In this document: piece by piece, positions 47,497 through 57,158 of the stretch
Layout of the letters: each line of letters opens with the position of its first letter
How positions within the stretch are numbered: position 1 is the stretch's first letter
Origin: an uncultured Solirubrobacterales bacterium
GTDB taxonomy: Bacteria > Actinomycetota > Thermoleophilia > Solirubrobacterales > Solirubrobacteraceae
Direction of reading: 5' to 3'
Assembly: GCA_963844475.1 (NCBI GenBank)
Contig: CAWJOL010000005.1
Coordinates: forward strand, 40,805-104,804
DNA: 64,000 nucleotides
Notes under the pieces: generated by a model
Told to the model about the DNA's origin: nothing
Seen by the model: only the letters and a program-made list of their open reading frames with translations
Database searches by the model: none
Made by a program: the position numbers and the translations under genes

Positions 47497-47870
47497 GGGC
47501 GTCCTTTGGCAGTGGTGGTTTGCTGACGAGCCAGACTGAGTCGGTCGGCGGCGGTCAGCTTGGCCCCGCGTCCCGGCAACGCAATCAACAGGTTGTGGTG
47601 GTTCGAGATGACCTTCGCCGCGACGCTGCGGGCCCGCGCGACTCCGGGCTCGCTGCTTGTCCGACGGCGGTCGATCAGCTCGACCGCCGAATGCAGGTAG
47701 GCCAGCCACTCGCGTTGGGTGCCACGGAGGATCAGGCGCTCGATGCGCTCGCGTTCGCGCACGACCGCCGCAGGGGGAGCCTGATGGCCCAGGGCGAGGG
47801 TCGCCACGGCTTCGGGAAGCTCACGTTCGGGCTCCGGCGTGACCGACAGCCAGGACGCGCGCTTGACCAT
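47493..47870 (-). CDS. Hypothetical protein
   Basis: ATGA overlap with the ACAD start; fills the gap to the divergent promoter. Confidence 0.6.
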   Translation of the reverse strand: MVKRASWLSVTPEPERELPEAVATLALGHQAPPAAVVRERERIERLILRGTQREWLAYLHSAVELIDRRRTSSEPGVARARSVAAKVISNHHNLLIALPGRGAKLTAADRLSLARQQTTTAKGRP

Positions 47871-47890
47871 TGGCGGTAGACTAACAGCAA

Positions 47891-47906
47891 CTGATCACAA
47901 AGTCAG
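47891..47906. promoter_or_regulatory. Putative TetR operator CTGA-N8-TCAG
   Basis: CTGATCACAAAGTCAG in the 46-bp divergent intergenic region. Confidence 0.45.
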
Positions 47907-47916
47907 GATGAGGCCC

Positions 47917-49045
47917 ATGGAACTGCTCGACCGCCACCAATCCGGCTGCCGGAACGGCCCTGTTGCCGCGGCTGTACACCGATGAACGGCTGCTCGAGGC
48001 CGAGCAGAGGCTGATCTTCGAGCGCACCTGGCAGTTGGCCGGCCACGTCTCCCAGGTGCCGCGCCCGGGGAGCTACCTGACGGCCAGTGCGGGTGACCAG
48101 CCGGTGCTGGTCGTACGCGACGAGCAGAATGAGCTGCGGGCCTACCGCAACGTCTGCCGGCACCGCGCCTCACGCCTGCTCAGCGACAGCGGACAGTGCA
48201 AGGGCGCGATTCGCTGCCGCTACCACGGCTGGACGTACCGGTTCGACGGAACCCTGATCGGAGTTCCCGAGGGCATGAGCTTCGGCGAGCGCCTGGACAA
48301 GGGCTCGCTGGGCCTGTTCCCGGTCCGGATCGAGGAATTCTGCGGCCTGGTGTTCGTGAACCTGGACCCGGACGCCGCGCCGTTGGCTGAACTGGTCGAC
48401 GGCCTCGCCGCGCGGCTCGCGCCCTACCGGATCCCCACGCTGGAGCCCTTCGGTCCGGGCGGCGACGGTCAGCCCGCCAACTGGAAGGTCGTGGCCGAGA
48501 ACTACATGGAGGGCTACCACATCCCGATCGCGCATCCGGGACTGATGCGGATGCTTGATTACAAGCACTACGACGTCGAGGTCCACGACAATTACGTCTG
48601 GTTCGATGCCCCGATGCGGGCCAAGCCGAGCAGCAATCGCTTGGAGCGGCTCTATGACCAGCTGGTCGAGCCGATGCCGGGGCTGAGCCAGGCCGACCGC
48701 AGGATCTGGCGCTACGTGTACATCTATCCGAATACGACCATCGACCTGTACCCCGACCAGGTCAACACATGGCAGATCCTGCCCGACGGCGTCGCTCGCA
48801 CCAACGACGTGTCGGCGGGCTTTCGCCCTCCGGGCAGCGGCGCGCGGACCCGGTTCGTGCAGTGGATCAACACCCGGCTGAACAATCTGGTGCTCGATGA
48901 GGACGTGGACCTGGTGGAGAACGTGCAGAAGGGAGCTCGCACGCGCGACTACGTCTGTGGTCCGCTGTCGCACCGGGAAGCCGCCGTCGCCTGGTTCGCG
49001 GATCGGATCCGGGCCGACCTGGCAGCGGTCCTCGAGCAGCCGTGA
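47917..49045 (+). CDS. Rieske non-heme iron oxygenase alpha subunit (choline monooxygenase-like); 5' frameshift
   Basis: CRHR...CRYH Rieske motif; ENYMEGYHIPIAH; EDVDLVENVQKG. Confidence 0.92.
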
Positions 49046-49722
49046 GTCCCGCGCGCGAACGGATCCTCCGGTCGGCGGTGCGGTTGATCGCCCTCGAGGG
49101 GATCGACGGTGTGCGCATCGCCCGGATCGCCATGGACGCCGGTGTGTCGAGCTCCCTGGTCCACTATCACTTCGCCGACCGCGAGACGCTCCTGGCCGAG
49201 GCGCTCGACTACTCGTACTCGCACGCCGCCGACGGCCGGATCATCGGTGAACAGGACGAGAGCTTGTCCCACGCCGAGCGACTGGCGGCGATGATCGACC
49301 AGTGCCTGCCCGGCACGCCGGCGCTCCAGCAGGATTGGGTGCTCTGGGTCGAGCTCTGGCTGCGGGCCGTCCGCCACCCCGAGCTGCAGCCGTTTGCCGA
49401 GGAGCTCTACGCGCGCCTGCGGGCGTGGTTCGCCGGGGAGATCGCGGCCGGGGTCAGCAGCGGAGAATTCGAACCGTGCGATCCCGAGGACGTGGCCGAC
49501 CGGACCCTGGCCCTGATCGACGGCCTGGGGATCCGCACGCTGATCGGCGACAGCTCGGTGCCGCTGGAGCGCGCGCGGCGCACGGTCGCGGCCTCGCTGG
49601 CCCGCGATCTCGGGCTCGGCGAGCAGCTCACCCGGGCAGCTTCGGCACCTCAGGCCGGCAGGCCGGCGGCCAGTGAGGCGCGGGCGGCAGCCCGGCCGGT
49701 GCGCACCGCCCCCTCCATGTAG
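49042..49722 (+). CDS. TetR-family regulator (BetI-like C-terminus)
   Basis: RIARIAMDAGVSSSLVHYHF; ALIDGLG. Confidence 0.92.
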   Translation: MSPARERILRSAVRLIALEGIDGVRIARIAMDAGVSSSLVHYHFADRETLLAEALDYSYSHAADGRIIGEQDESLSHAERLAAMIDQCLPGTPALQQDWVLWVELWLRAVRHPELQPFAEELYARLRAWFAGEIAAGVSSGEFEPCDPEDVADRTLALIDGLGIRTLIGDSSVPLERARRTVAASLARDLGLGEQLTRAASAPQAGRPAASEARAAARPVRTAPSM

Positions 49723-50969
49723 CCCGCGACCCAGTGGTCTGAGCCCGCGATGTAGAACGGCGGCTCGTGGCTGGCATGCAGCGGCCCGACGCGTCCGAGA
49801 TCGCCGGGCGCCCAACTCGAGATGTAGCCCTGCGTGAATGGATCGGTGCCCCACATCCGCTCGAGGCTGGCCACCGGGTCCCGGGCGGCTTCGCCATAGA
49901 GTGCAGCCAAGCCGTCGAGGACCGCCAGCCGGCGCGCCTGCGACGGGGCGGCCAGGAACGCGGACAGCCGCTCGGGCGGGACGAGCAGGGACAGCACCGC
50001 GTCCCGCTGGGGCCAGGTCGAGCCGAACAGCCACTCGGTCTCGGCCAGACCGTTCTGTCCTCGGGCCTGCCAGAAGGGTTGGTCGTAGGCCACGACCACC
50101 TTGGCGGCCAGCGCGTGCCGCTGGGCCCGCAGCGACCTCAGGCGGGCCTCGCTGAGGCCTGAGATCTCGACCGCGCGCAGGGGGCCGGCCGGGATCGTGC
50201 ACACCACGGCCTCCGCCGCCACGGTCTCGCCGCCGGCCAGCGTGACCTCGGCGCCGCGCGGACCTACGCCGAGTTTGCGCACCACGGCTCCGAGGCGGAT
50301 CCGGCCAGTGAGCTCGCCGGCCAGCTTCAGCGCGACCGCGGCGGATCCCTCCGCCACCCGCAGCCCCTCCCACCGGTCGAGGTCATAGAAGCTCTGGCCG
50401 CCCGACACCGCGTGCTTGCGCAGCTCCGCCAGCAGCGAGGTCCGTTCGGGCGAGTCGCATGACAACGACAGCGAGGCGAGGCGGTAGCGCCGATGCACCG
50501 CGGGCAGCGCGTGCTGCTCACGCAGCCACGCCCCGAGGCTCAGCGAGTCCAGGCGCGCGGCGTCGGGGTGCGACCACGGATCGGCCGGATCGACACTCGC
50601 CGCCAGCGCCGCGAACGCCGCCTGGATCCGCTGCGCGTCCGCGCGCTCGCGGTCGTCCATCCAGGGGATCTCGTCCCCGACGTAAACCCCCTCCGCCATC
50701 CCCCAGCTCATCTCGCCGGGATCCGCGACGTAACTCGGCTCGATGCTGAGGCCCAGTTCGACCACGAGCTCGCGGTAGGCGGAGTGGTCGGCGCCGAACA
50801 CCTCCCCACCGGCTTGCATCGCGCGCCCGTCGTCAAGGGTGACGGCTTCCACGCGCCCGCCCACCCGGTCGCGGGCTTCGAGGACGACCACGTCTGCCCC
50901 TGCGCGCAACAGGTCTCGCCCGGCAGAGAGGCCGGCCAGTCCAGCGCCCAGCACCAGCACATCGACCAC
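49650..50969 (-). CDS. Flavin monoamine oxidase family protein
   Basis: VLGAGLAG...LEARDRVGGR; GYMEGAVRTG. Confidence 0.92.
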   Translation of the reverse strand: MVDVLVLGAGLAGLSAGRDLLRAGADVVVLEARDRVGGRVEAVTLDDGRAMQAGGEVFGADHSAYRELVVELGLSIEPSYVADPGEMSWGMAEGVYVGDEIPWMDDRERADAQRIQAAFAALAASVDPADPWSHPDAARLDSLSLGAWLREQHALPAVHRRYRLASLSLSCDSPERTSLLAELRKHAVSGGQSFYDLDRWEGLRVAEGSAAVALKLAGELTGRIRLGAVVRKLGVGPRGAEVTLAGGETVAAEAVVCTIPAGPLRAVEISGLSEARLRSLRAQRHALAAKVVVAYDQPFWQARGQNGLAETEWLFGSTWPQRDAVLSLLVPPERLSAFLAAPSQARRLAVLDGLAALYGEAARDPVASLERMWGTDPFTQGYISSWAPGDLGRVGPLHASHEPPFYIAGSDHWVAGYMEGAVRTGRAAARASLAAGLPA

Positions 50970-51042
50970 GATCGCCCGGCTCCTCCCGGCTGACGCAACG
51001 CCTCAGAGCGGCGGACGCGATCCGCTGAGATGCGTCCGGCGC

Positions 51043-51089
51043 TTGACAGCGGCAAACGCGCCACTGTAGTTTTCTGAACGGTGGTTCAG
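51043..51089 (+). promoter_or_regulatory. sigma70-type promoter plus TetR operator
   Basis: TTGACA-N18-TAGTTT followed by palindrome CTGAAC-GGTG-GTTCAG (51074-51089). Confidence 0.65.
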
Positions 51090-51139
51090 TATACGAATTC
51101 GTCCACCCGTTGGATGAGCCCTCGGCCCGAACGAGGTGA

Positions 51140-51790
51140 ATGAGTCCTCGGCCCAAAGTCGAGCACCTGCGCAGGCCGCAGATCATTGCTGCCGCCGCGG
51201 AGCTGCTCTACGAGCGCGGCCTGTTCGATACCCGGATCGGCGACATCGCGGAGCGGGCGGGTACCAGCTCGCCGACGATCCTCTACTACTTCGAGACCAA
51301 GGACCGGCTCCTCGAGGAAGCCGTGGACCAGACCGATCGCGAGTTCTACGATCGTCTGTGCGAGGGCCAGGACCGCCTCGAGCGCGCGTCGGACAAACTC
51401 GTGCACCTGGTCGAGGAGACGAGTCTGGGTCCGGACGGGCTCAACGACTGGACCCTGTGGATGGAGATCTGGGTCCGGGCCCGCCGTGACGGCACGGTGC
51501 GCGATTCCTACTTCCGTCTCGATCGCCGCCAGCGCGGTTTGATCGCCGAGATCGTCCGCGAGGGGCAGGCCTCAGGCGAGTTCGCCGCGGACACCGACGC
51601 CGACGAATTTGCCCTCACGCTGAGCGGCCTGATGGACGGGCTCGGTGTGCAGGTGACGCTCGGACAACCCGATGTGACGCCCCAGCGGATGGTCGACCGC
51701 TGTCTGGCGCTGGCCTCCACCGAGCTTTCCTGCCCGTTGCGGGCCAACCGACCGAGTGACCAACCGGGGAAGAGAGGAGTGGGCAAATGA
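51140..51790 (+). CDS. TetR-family regulator (BetI-like)
   Basis: RIGDIAERAGTSSPTILYYFETK; LMDGLG. Confidence 0.93.
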   Translation: MSPRPKVEHLRRPQIIAAAAELLYERGLFDTRIGDIAERAGTSSPTILYYFETKDRLLEEAVDQTDREFYDRLCEGQDRLERASDKLVHLVEETSLGPDGLNDWTLWMEIWVRARRDGTVRDSYFRLDRRQRGLIAEIVREGQASGEFAADTDADEFALTLSGLMDGLGVQVTLGQPDVTPQRMVDRCLALASTELSCPLRANRPSDQPGKRGVGK

Positions 51791-53061
51791 CGTCTGGCTC
51801 AGACGGACGGGGTACCAGCCGCAGGACCTTCATCAAGCAGGCCACGGCGGCCGCGGCGAGCCTGTCGGTGCCTGGAGTTCTGGCCGCGTGCGGCTCCACG
51901 GCGCCGAGTGGAGGCACCACCGGCGCGTCGGCGGCGCTCGGCCCGGGAGGGCTGGCCCTCGCGCGGCCCGATCGCCCGGTGACGATGCCGATCTACCCCG
52001 ACAACAAGGCGATCGCCGCCGGCCTCAAGCCCGAGAAGGGACCGCTGCAGCTCTACAACTGGATCCAGTACATCAACACCGACGTCGTCCACGCGTTCGA
52101 GAAGAAGTATGGCGTCAAGGTCCAGATCAGCACCTTCAACACAATCGACGAGGCGGTGGCGAAGATCGCCAGCGGCGCGGTTCAGTACGACGTGTTCGTG
52201 CCCGAGCTGGTGTTCCTCGAACGGCTCGTCGTGGGCAAGGTGCTGCAGCCGCTGAACCTGTCCTACATCCCCAACCTCAAGCAGAACGTGTGGCCGTCGC
52301 TGCACAGTCCCTGGTACGACGTGGGCAGTCAGTACACCGTCCCGTACACGATCTACACCACCGGCATCGGTTGGCGGGCCGACAAGCTTCCAGGGTTCGA
52401 TCCGGCCAAGCTGCAGAACCCGTGGAACGCGCTCTGGCAGGCCGGCCCGAAGATCTCCGGGAAGGTCGGCCTGCTCGACGATCAGCACGAGGGGCTGACG
52501 ATGGGCCTGCTGCGCAACGGCGTGAGCGACGTGAACACCGAGAACGCGCAGGCACTGAACGCCTCCAAGCAGGCGCTGGCCCAGCTGGTCGGCTCGGCCA
52601 ACCTCAAGTTCGACACCAACGAGTACCAGCATCTGGCCGAGGGATCGCTGTGGCTGCATCAGGCCTGGTCCGGTGACATGGCCTCCACGCCGAGCTACGC
52701 CCCCTCGGGTACCCACCCGTCGGTGTTCCGCTACTGGTGGCCGCAGGACGGCCGCGGCCCGATCGACAACGACACGTTCGCCGTGGTCAAGGGCGCCAAG
52801 AATCCGGTCCTCGCCCATCTGTTCCTCAATCACCTGCTGGACGTCGGCCAGGTGTTCAAGAACTACACCTTCACCTACTACCAGCAGCCGTTGAACGCGA
52901 TGACTCCTGAGTCGCTGATCAGCCGGGGCCTCATCCCTCCGAACCTACGGAGCACGATCGTGCGCGAGTCGCAATTCAAGCGGGGCCTCGTCCAGGGACC
53001 CCTGAGCCAGAAGGGCGAAGTTCTCTGGGAGAACGCGTGGGCAGCGGTCAAGTCGGCGTAG
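51787..53061 (+). CDS. Polyamine ABC transporter substrate-binding lipoprotein (PotD-like, Tat)
   Basis: SRRTFIK, LAAC lipobox, LYNWIQY, QAWSGD. Confidence 0.92.
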   Translation: MTSGSDGRGTSRRTFIKQATAAAASLSVPGVLAACGSTAPSGGTTGASAALGPGGLALARPDRPVTMPIYPDNKAIAAGLKPEKGPLQLYNWIQYINTDVVHAFEKKYGVKVQISTFNTIDEAVAKIASGAVQYDVFVPELVFLERLVVGKVLQPLNLSYIPNLKQNVWPSLHSPWYDVGSQYTVPYTIYTTGIGWRADKLPGFDPAKLQNPWNALWQAGPKISGKVGLLDDQHEGLTMGLLRNGVSDVNTENAQALNASKQALAQLVGSANLKFDTNEYQHLAEGSLWLHQAWSGDMASTPSYAPSGTHPSVFRYWWPQDGRGPIDNDTFAVVKGAKNPVLAHLFLNHLLDVGQVFKNYTFTYYQQPLNAMTPESLISRGLIPPNLRSTIVRESQFKRGLVQGPLSQKGEVLWENAWAAVKSA

Positions 53062-53081
53062 CGCCGCGAGCCGGATAGCTC

Positions 53082-53963
53082 ATGCAGTCGCGAGCCTTCT
53101 GGCGCTCGTTTGCCCTTCCCGGCGTCGGCTGGCTGTGCCTGTTCGTCGTCGTGCCCGCGTACGCGGTGCTGGCGATGGCGCTGGGCAAGGTCAACCTGCT
53201 GCTGCAGCCGGTGCCGGCCTGGGATCCGACGACTTGGAATCCGGGCTTTCTCTCCAAGGCGTTCTCCGGCGCGCTTCCCGGGGGCGAGTTCTGGCCCTCG
53301 GTCCGCAACACGATCGTCTACGTGGGAGTCGCGCTCGCGCTGTGCTTCGCCATCGGCTACCCGGTGGCCTACTACGTCGCGCGCCACGCCCGGCGAACGA
53401 AGAACTTGTTGATCGTTCTACTGGTGATCCCGTTCTGGGTCAGCTATCTGCTCAGGATGCTCGCCTGGATCGGCCTGCTGTCCTCCGACGGCTACGTCAA
53501 TCAGGTCCTGCAGGCGATCGGGATCACTCACCCGCCGGACTGGCTCAACGGCAACGCGTACTCGGTGATCATCGCGCTCGTCTACGGCTACATCCCGTAC
53601 TTCATCCTCCCCGTGTTCGCCGGCCTGGACCGGATCGACCGCAGCCAGATCGAGGCCGCGCGGGATTTGGGCGCTTCCCCTTGGCAGGCGTTCCTGCGCG
53701 TGACCCTCCCGCTCAGCCGGCCGAGCATCCTGGCCGGTTCGGCGTTGGTGGTGCTCCCGATGTTCGGCGACTACTACACCAATGACTTGATCTCGGCCTC
53801 CCCGCACACGAACATGCTCGGAAACCAGATCAACCTCTTCGTGCAGGGAGGGTCGGAGAAGAACCTGGGAGCGTCGCTGGTGATCGTGCTGATGGTGATC
53901 CTCACCGTGGGAATGGCCTACTACCTGTTCGCCACCGCGCGCGACGCCAAGCGCTTCGCGTGA
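53082..53963 (+). CDS. Polyamine ABC permease (PotB-like)
   Basis: GYPVAY, PFWVSYLLR, EAARDLGA. Confidence 0.93.
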   Translation: MQSRAFWRSFALPGVGWLCLFVVVPAYAVLAMALGKVNLLLQPVPAWDPTTWNPGFLSKAFSGALPGGEFWPSVRNTIVYVGVALALCFAIGYPVAYYVARHARRTKNLLIVLLVIPFWVSYLLRMLAWIGLLSSDGYVNQVLQAIGITHPPDWLNGNAYSVIIALVYGYIPYFILPVFAGLDRIDRSQIEAARDLGASPWQAFLRVTLPLSRPSILAGSALVVLPMFGDYYTNDLISASPHTNMLGNQINLFVQGGSEKNLGASLVIVLMVILTVGMAYYLFATARDAKRFA

Positions 53964-54859
53964 TGCTTCCCCGCAAGCTGCGCAACCCTTGGGGCCGGCC
54001 GCGGTTCCTCGTGCTCGGGACCTGGATGTACCTCGTCTGGGCGCTGGTTCCAGTGGTCATCGCGGTCCTGTTCTCTTTCAACGCCGGCCGCTCGCGCAGC
54101 GTCTGGCAGGGCTTCTCGCTGCGGTGGTGGACCGGCGACCCGAGCCTGTCGATCTTCCACGACCCGGAGTACACCCACGCGCTGGTTCACAGCCTCGAGC
54201 TCGCGGCGCTGGACATGGTCATTGCCACCCCGCTCGGCGTCCTGCTGGCACTGGGCCTCAGCCGCTGGCGCGGGCGCGCGGCCGGAGCCGCCAACTCGCT
54301 GATGCTGATCCCGCTGGTCACGCCGGAGATCGTGATGGCGGTCTCGCTGCTGGTGGTGTTCACCCAGCTCTCGGTCGTCCCCTTCAGCCTCGTCCATCTC
54401 GGCACCACCGCCCAGGTGGTCGGCCAGGTCACCTTCTCGCTCTCCTACGTGGTGGTGATCGTGCGCAGCCGCCTGGCCTCGATCGGACCCGAGTTCGAAG
54501 AGGCCGCGCGCGACCTCGGCGCGACCCCGATGGCGGCGCTACGGCTGGTGCTGCTGCCGATGCTCATGCCGGCGATCCTGGCCAGCCTGCTGATCGTCTT
54601 CGCCCTGTCGATCGATGACTTCGTGGTCACCCAGTACATGTCCTCGAATGCCAACACCACGACGATTCCGATGTTCCTCTATTCCAATGCCCGGGGCGGC
54701 ACCGCCAACCCGGCTTTGAACGCGCTGGCCACGATCCTCGTGGTCACCACGCTGCTCGGTGTCGGGCTGGCCTTCCTGATCTTCACGCGGCTGAGCCGTC
54801 GCACGTCCATCGGCGAGACATCCGCCCTGCGGGAACTGAGCGGACTGGAGGCGACCTGA
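53960..54859 (+). CDS. Polyamine ABC permease (PotC-like)
   Basis: FSFNAG, GFSLRWW, EEAARDLGA, LSIDDF. Confidence 0.93.
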   Translation: MMLPRKLRNPWGRPRFLVLGTWMYLVWALVPVVIAVLFSFNAGRSRSVWQGFSLRWWTGDPSLSIFHDPEYTHALVHSLELAALDMVIATPLGVLLALGLSRWRGRAAGAANSLMLIPLVTPEIVMAVSLLVVFTQLSVVPFSLVHLGTTAQVVGQVTFSLSYVVVIVRSRLASIGPEFEEAARDLGATPMAALRLVLLPMLMPAILASLLIVFALSIDDFVVTQYMSSNANTTTIPMFLYSNARGGTANPALNALATILVVTTLLGVGLAFLIFTRLSRRTSIGETSALRELSGLEAT

Positions 54860-56016
54860 TGCCCGGAGGCGAAGTTCAACTGCGAGGGCTGTGCAAGCGC
54901 TTTGAGGACGTGGCTGCGGTCGACGGCATCGATGCGCACATCAACGGCGGCGAGTTCTTCTCGCTGCTCGGCCCGTCGGGCTGCGGCAAGACCACCACGT
55001 TGCGGATGATCGCCGGCTTCGAGCGGCCCACCTCGGGGGAGATCCTGCTCGACGGCACCGATGTCGCCCAGGTGCCGCCGCACGAGCGCAACGTCCACAC
55101 GGTGTTCCAGAACTACGCGCTGTTCCCGCACCTCGATGTGTTCGACAACGTCGCCTTTGGCCTCAAGCGACGCAAGGTCGGCAAGGACGAGCGCCACCGG
55201 CGCGTGCAGGAGGCGCTCGAGCTGGTCGAGCTGCATGGCCTCGCCGGCCGCCGTCCGCAGCAGCTCTCCGGCGGCCAGCAGCAACGCGTGGCCTTGGCCC
55301 GGGCGCTGGTTCTGCGACCCGCCGTGCTGCTGCTCGACGAGCCTCTGGGCGCGCTCGACGCCAAGATCCGCAAGCAGCTGCGCGTCGAGCTGAAGGCCCT
55401 CCAGGAGGAGGTCGGGATCACCTTCGTGTTCGTCACCCACGACCAGGAGGAGGCGCTCAGCATGAGCGACCGGGTGGCGGTGATGAACGGCGGGCGGATC
55501 GAGCAGGTTGGAACGCCGGCCGAGGTCTATGAGGACCCGGCCACCGTGTTCGTGGCCGACTTCCTCGGCATCTCGAACCTGATGGACGCCGACGCGACGT
55601 CCTCCCCGTCGGGTGGATGCACGGTCCGGGTGGGCGAGTTCGCGCTCGTGGCCGGGTGTGGCGATCTGCAGGCTCGCGGGCCGGTCAAGATCGTCGCCCG
55701 GCCGGAGCGGCTCAGCCTGCTGGCCCACGGCGAGCAACGCGAGAACTGCCTGCCCGGGATGGTCGAGCGCACCGTGTACGTAGGAGCCAGCATGCAGGTG
55801 CTGGTCCGCTTGCCCACCGGCGCGACGCTGCAGGCGCAGATCACCAATACCGGAGCCACCGAGATCTACGAGCAGGGAACCCCACTGTCGGTGCACCTGC
55901 CCGCCGACGCGGTGCGGGTGCTCGCGGCCGGCGGGTCCACCGCCGCCCGCGCCAGACCCCACCGACGCTCCGGCGCCCTCAGTGGCCCCCGCCTCCGCCT
56001 AGACTCAGGGGCGTGA
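54859..56016 (+). CDS. Polyamine ABC ATPase (PotA-like)
   Basis: GPSGCGKTT, FQNYALFPH, LSGGQQQR, TOBE-like tail. Confidence 0.95.
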   Translation: MPGGEVQLRGLCKRFEDVAAVDGIDAHINGGEFFSLLGPSGCGKTTTLRMIAGFERPTSGEILLDGTDVAQVPPHERNVHTVFQNYALFPHLDVFDNVAFGLKRRKVGKDERHRRVQEALELVELHGLAGRRPQQLSGGQQQRVALARALVLRPAVLLLDEPLGALDAKIRKQLRVELKALQEEVGITFVFVTHDQEEALSMSDRVAVMNGGRIEQVGTPAEVYEDPATVFVADFLGISNLMDADATSSPSGGCTVRVGEFALVAGCGDLQARGPVKIVARPERLSLLAHGEQRENCLPGMVERTVYVGASMQVLVRLPTGATLQAQITNTGATEIYEQGTPLSVHLPADAVRVLAAGGSTAARARPHRRSGALSGPRLRLDSGA

Positions 56017-57158
56017 GCGTCGCCCAGCTGCTGGAGGGAAAGCGCGTCTGCGTCTGCGCAGGCTCCGGGGGTGTCGGCAAGACCACGACCTCCGCAGCCA
56101 TCGCGCTGGGCATGGCGGCCCGGGGAGCCAGGGTTGCCGTGGTGACGATCGACCCGGCGCGCCGGCTGGCCAACGCGCTGGGGCTGGGAGAGCTGGAGAA
56201 CGAACCGACCCGGGTGGCGCCCGAGCGCCTGGCCGAGGGCGGCCTGACCGTGAAGGGCGAGCTGTGGGCGATGATGCTGGATCCCAAGCGGACCTTCGAC
56301 GAGTTGATCGACCGAGTGGCGCCCACGGCCGAGCGCGCGGCGGAGATCAAGGCGAACCGTGTCTACAGCGAGCTCTCGACGGCCGTCTCCGGATCGCAGG
56401 AGTTCACGGCCATCGCCAAGCTCTACGAGCTCGACCGCGAGGGCGACTTCGATCTGCTGGTCCTGGACACCCCGCCGTCTCGCAACGCGCTGGATTTCCT
56501 CGACGCACCAGGCCGGCTTACCTCGTTCCTGGACGGACGGGCGCTGAAGACGTTCATCCGCCCCACCGGATTCGGGATGCGCGTGCTCGGACGGGGCGCG
56601 GCTCCGCTGCTCGCGGCGCTGCGACGGATCACCGGCATCGATCTGGTCAACGATCTGACCACCTTCTTCGGTCTGCTCGGGGACATGACCGAGGACTTCA
56701 GCCGCCGGGCGGTGCAGGTCGAGAAGATGCTTCACGCCGACACCAGCGCTTTCCTGATCGTCACCTCAGCGCAGACCGGTCCGGTCGAGGAGGCGGTCTG
56801 GTTCGGCCGCACGCTGGAGCAGAGCGGGCTTCCGTTCGCGGGCGCGATCGTCAACCGGGTCCATCACGACATGCTCGGGGACAGCGAGCCGGAAGACGTC
56901 GAGTCCGAGCTGGCCGAGACGCTGGGGCCGGCGCTCGCCGCCCGGGTGACGGGAAACTTCTGCGATTACCACGTGCTGGCTCGGCGTGATGAGCGGAACG
57001 TGCGCCGCCTGCGCGAGGAGCTGGGCGGCCGGCCGCTCCTGCTGGTCCCCCAATTCGACGACGATGTCCACGACGTCGAAGGACTGTTGCGGATCCATCG
57101 GTATCTGTTCGCCAGCCAGCGCCAGCGTGACCGAATGATCGCCGACGTGGTGGCCTAG
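56013..57158 (+). CDS. ArsA/Get3-family ATPase (Rv3680-like)
   Basis: GSGGVGKTTT, TIDPARRLA, LDTPPSRNALDFLDAP. Confidence 0.93.
   Translation: MSVAQLLEGKRVCVCAGSGGVGKTTTSAAIALGMAARGARVAVVTIDPARRLANALGLGELENEPTRVAPERLAEGGLTVKGELWAMMLDPKRTFDELIDRVAPTAERAAEIKANRVYSELSTAVSGSQEFTAIAKLYELDREGDFDLLVLDTPPSRNALDFLDAPGRLTSFLDGRALKTFIRPTGFGMRVLGRGAAPLLAALRRITGIDLVNDLTTFFGLLGDMTEDFSRRAVQVEKMLHADTSAFLIVTSAQTGPVEEAVWFGRTLEQSGLPFAGAIVNRVHHDMLGDSEPEDVESELAETLGPALAARVTGNFCDYHVLARRDERNVRRLREELGGRPLLLVPQFDDDVHDVEGLLRIHRYLFASQRQRDRMIADVVA

Noticed and set aside
44200-47709. 1169-aa ORF suggesting an acyl-CoA dehydrogenase/acyl-CoA synthetase fusion
   Set aside because: Caused by an indel in a homopolymer near 46620. 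The true ACAD C-terminus is in another frame ending at 46299, and the synthetase has its own GAGG SD and ATG at 46287.
42900-56030. Active mobile element carrying the catabolic block
   Set aside because: No integrase, transposase or tRNA, and no convincing terminal repeats (only a 5-nt GGCGT match at the junctions).
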